Notes under the pieces: generated by a model
Told to the model about the DNA's origin: nothing
Databases searched by the model: none
Seen by the model: the letters and a program-made list of their open reading frames with translations, nothing else
DNA from: Sphyrna mokarran
Taxonomy: Eukaryota
Direction: 5' to 3'
Length of the DNA stretch: 64,000 nt
Assembly: GCA_024679065.1 (NCBI GenBank)
Contig: JAGIQG010000004.1
Location: forward strand, 70,680,001 to 70,744,000
In this document: positions 11,660 through 23,569 of the stretch, piece after piece
Layout of the letters: every line of letters starts with the position of its first letter
Numbering within the stretch: the first letter of the stretch is position 1
Program-made: the position numbers and the translations under genes

Positions 11660-13220
11660 TTTTCTTTGATCAGAGGATTTGAGCACTGTTGGCAAGCTCA
11701 GCATTTATTGCCCATCCCTAACTGCACTTGAGAAGGGGTGGTGAGCTGCCTTCTTGAACTGCTGTTGTCCATGTGGTGTAGGTACAGCCACAACATTGTT
11801 AAGGAGGGAGTTTCAGGATTTTGACCCAGTCACAGTAAAGGAACAGTGATATATTTCCAAGTCAGGATGATGAGTGACTTGGCGGGGAAATTGATGGTGT
11901 TAATGTTCGCATTTGTCTGTTGCCCTTGTCTTTCTAGGATGTGGGTTTGGCATGTGCTATTGAAACAGGCATGGAAAGTTGCTGCGCTGCATCTTGTAGA
12001 TGGTACACATTACTGCTACTGCGTATTTGTGGAGGAAGTGAATGCTAAAGGTTGTGAATGGGATGGCAATCAAACGTTTGTTTTTGATTTGGTTTGCTTT
12101 ATCATTGTCACACGTGTTAACATACAGTGAAAAGTATCTTTTTCTGCGTGCTATACAGACAAAACATACTGTTCATACAGAAGGAAACAAGAGAACGCAG
12201 AATGTAATGTTATAGCCATAGCTAGGGTGCAGAGAAAGGTCAACTTAATGCAAGGTAAGTCTGTTCAAAAGTATGACAGCAGTAGGAAAGAAGCTGCTCT
12301 TGAGTTGGTTGGTAGGTGACCTCAGATTTCTGTATCTTCTTCCCGAAGTAAGGAGGTGGAAGAGAGAATGTCCGGGATGCACGACATTCGTAATTATGCT
12401 GGCTGCTTTGCCGAGGCATCGAAAAGTGTAGACAGAGTCAATGGATGGGAGGCTGGTTTGCACGATAAATTAGGCTACATTCATAACCTTTTGTAGTTTC
12501 TTGTAGTCTTGGGCAGAGCAGGAGCCATACCAAGCTATGATATAACCAGGAAGAATGCTTCCTATGGTGCATCTGTAAAAGTTGATGAAAGTTGTAGCTG
12601 ACATGCCAAATTTCTTTCATAGAGGGCTCAGGACAGATTGTTGGTGACCTGAAGCTCTCGAAACTTTCTACTTCGTCCCCATTGATGTAGACAAGGGCAT
12701 GCTCTCCTTTATGTTTCATGAAGTCGATGACTATCTCCTTCATTTTGTTAACATTGAGGGAGAGATTATTGTTGGCACACCAGTTCACCAAATTCTCTAT
12801 CTCTTTCCGTTCTCTGTCTCGTTATTGTTTGAGATCCAATATGGTGATGTTGTCAACAAACTTGAAAATTGAACTTGGAGGGGAATTTGACCGCACAGTC
12901 GTAGGTGTACAAGGAGTGTAGTAGGGAGCTGAGAACACAGATTTGTGGGGCACTGGCATTGAGGATAGTGTTCAGCTTCTTGAGTGTTTTTGGAGCCACC
13001 TTCATTCAGGCAAGTAGAAAATATTTGATTGCACTCTTAATTGGTCTTGTAGATGATGGATGGGCTTTGGGGAGTAAGATGAGTTACTTGATGCAGAATT
13101 CCAGTCTCTAACTATAACTGTGCAACCTCAGTATTTAAATGACTGATCCAGTTTACTTTCTGTGTGTGGTAATCCCAGGATGTTAGTAGTGTGGAATTAA
13201 GTGGTGGTAATGCTAATGAT
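11660..13220 (-). mobile_element. CR1-superclade (Zenon/Crack-like) LINE interrupted by Rex1
   Basis: Same family as 1320-2630. Host sequence breaks after GGCAATCAAACG (~12076) and resumes at GGATAGTGTTCAGCTTCTTGAG (~12963). Confidence 0.8.
12080..12965 (-). mobile_element. Rex1/Babar-type LINE, 5'-truncated
   Basis: ORFs WCANNNLSLNVNKMKEIVIDF (12438-12791) and HPGHSLFHLL.SGRRYRNLR..TNQLKSSFFP.AV.LLN (12245-12463) are hallmark Rex1 RT C-terminal motifs. Confidence 0.88.
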
Positions 13221-13327
13221 CATTTTGAATACAATACAAAATCGAATGGTGGCTCAGTCGGTAGTTCATATGCATCTCCATCAGGCAGTTGTGGGTTCAA
13301 GACTCCCACTTAGAGAATTGAGCAGAG

Positions 13328-13675
13328 CCATAGAATCCCCACAGTGCAGAAGGAGGCCCTTTGGTCTGCACTGATTCTTCCAAAAAACATCTTATCCCAG
13401 CCGACCCTCCATCCTATCAATGTAACCCTGCACATTTACTGTGACTAATCCCTCTAACCTACACATCTTTGGACACTCAGAGGCAATTTAGCATGGCTAA
13501 TCCACCTAACCTGCATATATTTGGACAGTGGGAGGAAACCAGAACACCTGGAGGAAACCCATGCAGACACAAGGAGAACATGCAAGCTCCACACAGACAC
13601 CTAAAGCCAGAAACAAACCCTGGTCCCTGGTGTTTGAGGAGGCAGCAGTGCTAACCATTGTGTCACCATGCCTCC
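13328..13675 (-). mobile_element. HE1-type tRNA-derived SINE with CR1-like tail
   Basis: GGCAATTTAGCATGGCTAATCCACCTAACCTGCA..GTGGGAGGAAACC..GGAGGAAACCCA..GAGGCAGCAGTGCTAACCA; tail CATAGAATCCC.ACAGTGCAGAAGGAGGCC. Confidence 0.85.
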
Positions 13676-14583
13676 TCAAACAGAAAATCCAAGGCTAGAA
13701 CATACTGAGAGCATGTAGCATTTTATTATTCAATCAAGGGATGTGAGTGTCCACTGGAAAGACAAGTATTTATTGATCATCCCTAATTGCCTTTCAGATC
13801 AGTGGCGAGATGCCTTCTTGAACTATTGTGGTCTTGGGATAAATTTATGCCATATAATATAAATTGTGCTGGTAGTTACCACTTGTTGGGTTTTTTTGTG
13901 TCCAAATTGGCTTTCAATACGTTAATGTTGTGAAGTACTTTGCAAATGGATGGCCGCATGATGAACTGCTGGGGAAGTGCTGTGGTCTCTAGCCTGATTC
14001 ACCCAGAGAGGCAGGACTCTGGTTTTCAGGATGATATCTTTAAATGCACAGTATGCTTGCATATTGCTAATTCCACAAACCTCTTCCCATTCCCTCTCTT
14101 TGAATTCTACTATGGTTGTGCTGAAGGGGACGGGGGTGGTCCTCTGTCAATGATATGATGTGACGATTTTCTGAATGCATTTACTCAAAACCAGGCTGTA
14201 AATAAAACAACTCAAACTCCTTGAAGAGCTAAGCAGGAGGATTTGGACTGGCAGCAATTATTCTTTCAAGGTGACCTTGTACTTTATCAAAATTCCACTG
14301 ACTGCCAGCAAACAGCAATGTCTCTTCTACGCACTTCTCTCAGATTTGTTTTAAATTGCAAAGTGATAAGGATTTTTGTGTCTCTATGTATGCTCTCCTG
14401 CTCCCAGAAATAAGCCAGTTTAATTTAATTCTTCATTACTGTATGCGCATGCACATCAAACGTTCAGGTCTGTCAAACAATCTGAAATGCTTGTCAACTG
14501 TCAAGATGCCATGTATCTGAATATAAATTATGAGGAATGGGTCAGGGAAGAAATTAAATTGTACCTGTAAACTTTTTGAGATA

Positions 14584-14767
14584 GGGCAGGATTTTCTGCC
14601 TGTTTCTGTTGACAGACTCTTCCAGACCCGCCAATTGTGACCCCCTTGCCACAGGTTCCCCAACAGCGGTAGGTTCAAACAATGGGAAATACCATTAACA
14701 ATAGTGGGACTGGAAGATCCCCATCACTGATCAATGGCAGGCTGCTTCTGCCACTGCAAAACTGCCC
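14584..14767. mobile_element. MITE, PIF/Harbinger-like
   Basis: TIRs GGGCAGGATTTT / AAAACTGCCC; ATA on both sides. Related to 33190-33372, 46397-46577 and 52700-52878. Confidence 0.75.
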
Positions 14768-15678
14768 ATAGTTTTAACATATAGATGTATTTTAATTACG
14801 CTTCAAGACTATAATTTCTAGTAATGAAAGGCCTGGTTTATATTTTGTTTCATACTAAATAGTTGAGAATTTCAATCTTGCATTTAACATTGCGTCCCTC
14901 TAACAGAAGGAGGCCATTCGGTCCATGACTCTCATATATGATGATTCCAGATGATCCCACAACCAAAAGATCAGATGTAAACTCTGCCACATCCAGTCAT
15001 GAATGGTGGACAACTCACCGGAGGAGAAGACTCTACAAATATCTCCAACATTAATGATGGGGAAGTCTAGCATGTCAGTATAAAAGATGAAGATGAAGCA
15101 TTTGCAACTATCTTTAGCCGGAACTCCTGACTGGATGATCCATCTCGACATCCAACTGAGGTCCCAGATATCACAAATGTCAGTCCTTGACCAGTTTGCT
15201 TTATCTGTCCAGAAATGGATAAAGGCAATATAATGCAAAGGCTATGGAACCTGACATCATCATGGGACACGCACATCAATAAGCTTGTAACACCCTGATC
15301 TAAATATCATAAAAGAGCTGAACATAAAAGGTCAGATGAAAGTAACTATCTTTGACATCAAAGCAATATTTAATGAATACTGATTTAATGTGGGATGAGA
15401 GAGCCCTCGCAAAATTGAGGTCAAAGGGAATCGAGAAAAAGCTCTTCATTAGTTTGAGTCATATCACCACAAAAAATACAATTGTCATTATTGGAGTTCA
15501 ATTATCTCAGTCTCAGGATGGCTACAGAATTTCCTCTGGATAGTACCCAAGGCCCAACCATCTTCAGCCGCTTCATCAATTATTTTCCCTTATAAGGTTA
15601 GAAGAGGGGATGCTTACTGATGATTGTTGAATGCTTAACATCATTCAGTATTCCTCAGATAGCGAAGCATGTCCATAT

Positions 15679-16866
15679 TAGAACATAGAACATAGAACAG
15701 TACAGCACAGTACAGGCTGTTTGGCCCTCGATGTTATGCCAAGCTATGTCCAAACCCAAGATTGAGCTATCCCACTCCCTATCATTCTAGTGTTCTCCAT
15801 GTGCCTATTCAATAACCACTTGAAAGTTCCTAAAATGTCTGACTCCACTATCACAGCAGGCAGTGCATTCCACACTCCAACCACTCTCCGTGTGAAAAAT
15901 CTACTTCGGATATCCTTCCTATATCTCCCATCATGAACCTTATAGTTATGCCCCCTAATTTCAGCTACATCCATCAAAGGAAATAGTGTCTTCACGTCCA
16001 ATCTATCCATCCCCCTCATCATCCTATAAACCTCTATTAAGTCGCCTCTCATCCTCCTTCACTCTAAAGAGAAATGCCCCAGCTCCCTCAACCTTTCCTC
16101 ATAAGACCAACCCTCCAAACCAGGCAGCATCCTGGCAAATGTCCTCTGCACTCTCTCCAATGTTTCCACATGCTTTTTATAGTGAGGTGACCAGAACTGC
16201 ACACAGTATTCCAAATGTGGCCTCACCAAGGTCCGGTATAGTTGCAGCGTAACCCCATGGCTGTTAAACTCAAACCCACTGTTGATAAATGTTAACACAC
16301 TATAAGCCTTCTTCATGGCTCTATCCACTTGAGTGGCAACCTTCTGAGATCTGTGGATATGAATCGCAAGATCTCTCTGTTCCTCCATATTCCTCAGAAC
16401 CCTGCCGTTGACCCTGTAATCTGCATTCAAGTTTGTCCTACCAAATTAATCACATTGCATTTATCAGGGTTAAACTCCATCTGCCACTTTTCTGCCCAGC
16501 TCTGCATCCTATCAATGTCTCTTTGCAGTCTATAAGAGCCCTCCACCTCATCCACTACTGCACCAACCTTGGTGTCATCAGCGAACTTATTAATCCACCC
16601 TTCAACTCTTCTTCCAAGTATTGATAAAAATCACAAAAAGCAGAGACCCAGCACTGATCCCTGTGTACACCACTGGTAACTGGCCTCCAGTCTGAAAATT
16701 TTCCCTCCACCATCACCATCTGTCTTCTATGAGACGGCCAGTTAATTATCAATCGACCAAATTTCCTTCTATCCCACACCTCCTTACTTTTTTCATGAGC
16801 ATATCGGGGGAACCTTATCAAATGTCTTACTAAAATCCATGTATATGGACATCAATTGCTCTACCT
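15679..16866 (-). mobile_element. CR1 (HER1-like) LINE, 5'-truncated, frameshifted
   Basis: (ACATAGA)n tail at 15679; ORFs LYRTLVRPHLEYCVQFWSPHY and RGDLIEVYRMMRG..FFTRRVVGVWNALP. Confidence 0.95.
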
Positions 16867-17154
16867 ATTCAACAAAACCTGGGTAATAATCAGGCTTGGG
16901 CTGGTAAGTGGTAAGTAACATTCATGTCACACAAGAGCCAGACAATGAACATCTCCAGCAAGACAGAGCCTAACTTTCATCCCTTGACAATCAATGGTAC
17001 CACCATCACTATCAACATCCTGGGGGTTGCCATTGACCAGAAACAAAATTGGCTTAGACATATAAATACTGTGGCTACAAGAGTAGGTCAGATATTTGGA
17101 AATTCCTAGAAGTTTGACTCACCACCTAACTCCCAAAGCGTGTCCATCAACTAA

Positions 17155-17430
17155 AGGGCAGCACAGTGACACAGTTGTTAGCACTGCAGCCTCGCAGCAC
17201 CAGGGATCTGTGTTAGATTCCCAGCTTGGGTAACTTGCTGTATGGAATCTGCATATCCTTTCCATGACTGTATGGGGTTTCCTTCCACAGTCCGAAAGAC
17301 ATGCTGGTTAGGTGCCATGACCATGTTAAATTTTCCTCCATGTACCCTAACAGGCACCGGAGTGTGTTGACTAGTGAATTTTTAGAATTTCCAGTGTTAA
17401 TGTAAGCCTACTTTTGACACTAATAAACAA
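17155..17430 (+). mobile_element. tRNA-derived SINE, HE1-like head with GTAAGCCTACTT.TGAC.TAATAAA tail
   Basis: Begins GGGCAGCACAGTGACACAGTTGTTAGCACTGC; homologous to 44665-44935. Confidence 0.85.
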
Positions 17431-19499
17431 AATATTGCAAGGCATAGTCAAGAGCATATTGGAATACTCTCCTCTTGCTTAGTTAAATGCAGCTCCAACT
17501 ACACTCAAGAAGCTGGACACTATTCAGAACAAGCAGCCTGTTTTTTTTGACACCCCATCCACCTTTCATCATTGACTCACTCTGCCACAGATGCGCAGTG
17601 GCAACAGATACACTGTAATCCAAGGCTCCTCTGATAGCACCTTCCAAATCTGCAACCTCTACCGCCTAGAAAAACAAGGACAGAAGATGATTGGGAACAT
17701 CATCTCCTGAAAGAACACCCCCCTTCTCCCCACCCACCCAGCCCCCAAGAAACACATCATCTTGACTTGGAAATATATCACTCATCATGTACTGTCGTTG
17801 GCTCAAAAGCGCTGAGGGAGCTTCAAGGAGTGGTTCAAGAAAGAAAGTCAACCTCACTTCCTTAAAGGTAATTAGAGATGACTAACAAAAGATTGGCCCT
17901 ACAGCAATGTCCAAATCTCATGAAAGAATAAAGAAAAAGAGTTGTATATGAGTCCCCTGTCTCTGCTAAATAGGATTAGGAAGAGCTAATGACACTCTTG
18001 TTTCTTTTCTAACACTCAATTATGTCTGACTGGACGTCAGCTCTATTTAATCATCTTTGACCCGAAGTGAAGGAAAACCTTTGCCTAATCCCTGATCTAA
18101 GAACACGACTAAATGACAGGATACTATGTACTCCTTTCCTCCCTATTGGCAAATACAGTCAACCTCACACAAGAATATGAGGCATAAACCCACTGTAAAG
18201 AGCGATATTTGACTTGCACTGATACTGGGGAAATACTATGCAGTTCAGTCTCCATTCTTTGAAGCCATTCAGCTCAAACTGAACTCTCATAACCTTGCCC
18301 TCAGTCCAGTACCTTAACTTACCCATTCAGCATAAAGGATATTAATGGGACCTCACATCACCACCACTTCTCACGTCTTTCCTCCATCCACGGGCTTCAC
18401 CTTCTCAAGACAATTACAGACAGACAATAAATTGTGATCTTGCCAGTGGCTTTCTTATTCCAAGAATCATCTACAGAAACCAAGACCAGACAAAATGCCT
18501 CAAGTGCTCTGAGCTGCACTGTTTCCTGTTTCAGTGCAGCCACATCAAGAAATGCTAATACATCAAATCAATCCCCACAAAAACCAGAATAGTTTTATGT
18601 AAACCCTATCCGTATTGGGCAGCAAGTGAAGGAAAATTACACAATGGAGATATTCCTACTGACTCAATATAGATGATGTGATTGGCTGCTGGCAACATTC
18701 TCTTGGGATCACATGATTAGGAGGCAGGCGTGTGGAGGTGAATCTGCTCAAGAGAAGGCCCGAGCCTTTCTTGTGAGACCCACTAGAATGTTCCTGCTCC
18801 TCCTGATCCTGCAAGGAATGTTTCACGAAGTACTTCCAGCCAGAAATACACTCCTCTGCCATCTTCATTTGACAGGAATGCTGCAGTGCCATTCATCAAA
18901 TTATCACTAGGTAAAGAAGGACCTTGCCATCTATCAATTGGCATTTTTGCTGCCTGTTCATTTGAACAGTTTTAAATATGAGAAAAAGTCCGCTCTCAGT
19001 GGCTCAGGTAGCAAGCATTGAGAGTTAGGGGTCAAAATCTTCCTCAAATTTATTCCTGCCTATTCCTCAAAGGGGATCTTTTTTTGTGCCAAATAAATAT
19101 GAATTAGATGTCTTGTTTTGTTCAGTTTATATTTTGAACCAAACAGGTATTTATTAAATGAGTGGTGAGGATCATTTGTCAGATATGCAAGATGTTAACT
19201 ATGTAAGATCTCTCTGACAGACTTTATTTACTTGGCAAGCTACTTAGTGTTCTGAAAGTATAGATTTTACACTTTGTGTGCTTGAAGCAAGGAAGTCTTT
19301 GAAAATTCATGAAGAAGAATTTGGCTACAATCCCCCCATTTCTCAGCTTGACAATCAATTATTATGTGAAGTTAAATCTTTAGAATAACAGAATGTGTGA
19401 CTATTTTATCTTTTCAAAGTGCACGTAAGATGTATATTCACTATTACTGTCTGACTACAGCACTTTTGGTGAGAAATTCTTTCTCTAAATCTAGTTATT

Positions 19500-19970
19500 A
19501 TATTTTATTTTATTTATTGAATCTCAGGATCACTAGCAAGGTCACTTTTTATTGCCCATCTTTATTTATTCTTGAGACAATTGTTGTGCACCATCTCCTT
19601 GAACTGCTGCAGTTTGTCTAATGTACGTAAACCCATAATGTTGTTACAAAAAGAGTTCCAGAATTTTTCTCAACGACAATGAAAGACCAGCAAACTATTA
19701 CAAAGTAGGGAAGGTGTGTGACTTGCAGAGGAGTATGCAGCTGGTGGTGTTCTCATGTGTCTGCTGCCTTGTCCTTCCAGGTACCAGAGATAGGGGTTTG
19801 GTGAATACTGTTGAAGGAAGTTTAGTAAGTTGCTGCAATGTATCTACCATATGATACATGTGCTGTCATTGTGTGTTGGTAGTAGAGGGAGTGAATGTTC
19901 AAGATGGTCAATGGGATGCCAATTAAATAGACTGCTTTGCTCTGGGTGAGTCTTGAATGTTGTTGCCATT
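19500..19970 (-). mobile_element. Zenon/Crack-like LINE 3' fragment
   Basis: TTTATTGCCCATC..CTTGAACTGCTGCAG..GGGATGCCAATTAAA..CTGCTTTG matches the family at 1320 and 11660. Confidence 0.7.
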
Positions 19971-21214
19971 GAAAATAATTCTTTTATTTGATCAGGTGCT
20001 GGTTTTAGCAGTAATCTCTCTGAATTTTCACAGTTCTTAACATTAAAGTATTTTTGAAAAACAATGGCCAAAAATAACTCTTGAACTAGTTAACAAACAA
20101 TGCTTGTTGTTAGTTATACCATTTGATTAGCACGCCATTCACTACCTTAAACATCCACTCCCTTCACTAGTGCCAGCAGTATGTACAAGATGCTCATCAA
20201 GGCTCCTTTGACAGCATTCTCCAAATCCTTTCTCTCTACCACCTAGAAAATCAAGGGCAGCAGATACAGTACCAAAATGTCCCACTCCCAGCCACGCACC
20301 ATTTTGAGTTGAAACTAATTTGCTGTTCTTGCTATTAGTTGGATCTATTTCTGCTGATTTATTACTAAAGGGGTTTTGTATAGCCAGTTGTTAGTGAGTA
20401 AAAGAAATAGCACTACACCCTCTCCGGGGCATTTGTGACCTGAGAAAACAGGACAACCAATCTGATGTAAATTTAAATGCACACACCAAAATGGAAGTAA
20501 AAATCAGAGTGGGTGAATTCAATGTCAAATCAAATCTAGAAAGAGAATTAAAAATGGGAAAATAAAGGAAAAGAGAGGGGAAGAAAAGCGAAAAAATTTA
20601 AAATATTTTGCATCTTAAAAAAAACTCCATAAACAATTAAAGCCTGAGGGAATGATGCTCCACATTTTAAATGGTATATTTTTAGTGTCAGATAGGTTAC
20701 TGGCAGTAATTAACATTTAGCACACAGAAGATCCTGTTGGACTGAATAGCCACGGGGTTTTGGCCAATGAATTCAGCCTTTATGTATTCTATAGGAGCTT
20801 TATGCAACTCAATGTATTTGATTACAGAGCCAGACAACAAAATGCTGATCCTTGGGTATTATTCCTCAGACACCAATCTTCCTATTTCTTTACTTGATTA
20901 GTGTGATGGAGTCAAGTCTACTGAATAGAGTGAAAGCAGCCATTTCTGTTTTCTTAGATTTCAAAGAGGCAATGAAATAGGAAGGTACAAATGCTCATGG
21001 GTGGTAGATAATGTTGATGGATCATACCAAGGTAGCAAAGGATATGACTGAGTCCAATTTGATTTAGCTTGTGTAGATGCATTTAGATCCTGGGGAAAAC
21101 AGATTGGAGTGAACTGACTGCCATTGAACAACTGCGATAAAATATGCAATGTCTAGCAAGCAGGGCAGTTGGCATTGTAAAAACAATGTGTAACTCCAAA
21201 AAAGGGAATAAAAA

Positions 21215-22650
21215 CACAGCAATTTCTGAGCAGGAATAGGCATTCAGTGAAAAGAGTCTGCTCCATCAGTCAATATGATCATGGCTGATCATCCACTTCA
21301 ATGCCTTTTATCCCTTACATCATTGGTATTTAGGAATCTGTCAATCTCTACTTAAAAACTCAGTGATCAAGTTTCCACAGCCTTCTCAGGTAGAGGATTC
21401 CAAAGATTTACATCCCTCTTTGAAAAGTAATTTCTTCTCACCCGAATTCTAAGTAGCAAACCCCTTACTTTGAAATTGTGCTCTCTAGTTCTCGACTTGC
21501 CAACCAAGGGAAACATCTTACCTACATCTACCCTGTCTATCCCTTTAAGAATTTTTTAGCTTTCAATAAGATCACCTCTCACTCTTCAAAACGTTATAGA
21601 ATACAGGCCCAGTTTTTTTCAAACTTTTTTAATAAGACAGTCCCCCCCATCCCAGGAACAAGTCTGCTGGATCTTCTTTGTACTCCCTCTATTCCATAAT
21701 ATCCTTTCTGAAGTAGGGGAACCAAAATTGCACCCAGTACTCCAGGTGGAGTCAACCAAGATTCTATACAACTGAAGTAAGACTTTGCTACTCAAATCTT
21801 TTGTATTCAAGGTAAGTATGCCATTAACCTTCCTAATTGCTTGCTGCACCTACATGTTAGCTTTCAGTGACTTATTGACAAGGACACCCAGGTCTCTTTG
21901 TACGTCTGTATTTTCTATTCCCTTGCCATTTAAGAAATACCCTGAACATCTGTTCCTCCTACCAAAGTGGATAACCTCACATTTTTTCCAAATTATATTC
22001 CATCTGCCACATTCTTGCCCACTCACTAAGTCTGTTCAAATCCTCTTGTTTTACATCTTCCTCACAAGACACATTCCTGTCTAGCTTTGTATCATCCAAA
22101 TATTATATTTGGTCTCCACATCCAAATAGTGAAATGTATATTGTGAACAGCTGGGGCAAGTACTGATCTTTGCAGTACCCTACTACTCACAGCTTGCCAA
22201 TGTGAAAATTTTCCATTTATTCTCTCTTTCTCTTTTCTGACTACTGACAAATGCCAGTATATTACCTCCTATCTCAGATGCTTTAATTTTGCCAACAATC
22301 TCCTGTGGGGGACTTGTCAAAACATTCTGAAAATCCAGGTATCCTTCAATGATTCCCTTTTATCAATACTATTAGCAACATGTGATGATATTATAATGTA
22401 GGATGCTTGGCGGAGCAAGGGTTAACACAGGACTGGAGTGGCACTGCCTACAGTATGATGTACATAGTTACACGGTCAGAGAACAGTCTAGAAGAAAACT
22501 CTGCAAGCAGTTGGCCTGCATGGTGGAAGCAACAGCGTGCAAGACTATACTTGGAACTATAAATAGTTAAAGCTTTCCAATAAAAGTGTTTTAAACTCAC
22601 AGCCTCAAGAGCTCATGAGATATCATCACAGCAACATAAAAAATCCAATT
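21215..22650 (-). mobile_element. CR1 LINE, degenerate
   Basis: ORF 21619-21849 (QQAIRK.NGIL..VLLQLYRILV). 3' UTR CAATATGATCATGGCTGATC. Interrupted near its 5' end by 22381-22630. Confidence 0.85.
22381..22630 (+). mobile_element. Solo-LTR-like insertion (250 bp)
   Basis: TG...CA ends; perfect 11-bp TIR TGTGATGATAT/ATATCATCACA; 6-bp TSD GCAACA (22375-22380, 22631-22636); internal TATAAATA and AATAAA. Confidence 0.8.
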
Positions 22651-23569
22651 TTGACATGGTGTTGGAACGGGATTTGCTAATGGTACCATACACCAGTGAT
22701 CAATGGCAATAAACAAGGTGCCAGCTAAATGCAGGAATGCAAAATAGTATCCCAAGTTATGGAGCACTGAAGCTACAAGAGAGAGAGAGACACACCTAAG
22801 AAGAGATATTTTCAGATTCTGAATAATGTGGAATCAGAGATCATGGGTGAGCAACATAGGGAACATAGCAAGTTCCCGGCTCAGAATCCACAAGGGTGAG
22901 CAAATATAGAAAAGTGCCTGTACTTACGTTTCAGAATAGGTGGTGGTCCCAGGAGGCTTAGATTGAAGAAACTGGAAGACAAAGGAAAATCTATAAAAAG
23001 AAAGGCTATATAGAAGAAAAAGCTCTTCCACAAAAGAACAGTAGTTAGAAAAGAACAAACCAGAGTTATATTTTTAAAAAAAGGAAACTGAGTTTAAAAA
23101 AAGAACCCTGTGGAGCTAACAGAAGAAAGTGTTGCGACTATAACTTTTTTCAAAAAAGGAACTCAAGTGTTATACATTAATATAGTCAGCTCATTAGTAC
23201 AGCAAGATAAAAGGATGAAAAGGTTACCACAAGGTGGATTATTTAACCAGTTAGTTGAGTTTTATTAGATAGTTGTTTGCTTAGAGTCCAGGATGGGAGT
23301 GGGGAGAAACCTGTGAATATTACTGATGATGTCACTTCATATCATGTGACTAATCAAACAGAGATGCATTGGTGTACACTATATGACATGAAGTATGAAA
23401 ACAAATTGTCGCAAAGTTCAAAAAGCAGATAGAAAGGCTGTTGCTTTAAATTTAAAACAAAGGGCAATAATGAAAGATTATCTGCAGATTTGAAGCCTCA
23501 TGATGTCTCCTGGAGTGCTGAAAAATCAATAATGTGAAGAAACCAATAGCTTACAATCTCAGAAGGAAG

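Larger units (their letters stand above)
14940..17935 (+). mobile_element. CR1-superclade (Zenon/Crack-like) LINE, degenerate, host to a CR1 and a SINE
   Basis: Collinear remnants from the ORF2 linker to the 3' end, including ORF 16924-17109 (TINILGVAIDQK.NW.RHINTVATR.GQ). Confidence 0.75.

Noticed and set aside
13248-13320. tRNA-like sequences (also 5470, 17155, 44665, 51485)
   Set aside because: A/B-box remnants lack a full cloverleaf and continue into SINE bodies, so they are SINE heads rather than tRNA genes.
18787-18910. Possible exon ending at AG/GTAAAG with an open frame (VPAPPDPARNVSRS..)
   Set aside because: The acceptor is weak and the peptide is unrecognised, so it cannot be supported without RNA data.
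22655-23560. PBS-like TGGTGTTGGAACGGGAT followed by a possible LTR-element interior
   Set aside because: It is separated from the LTR-like unit by the TSD and resumed CR1 sequence, and I see no gag/pol motif downstream.
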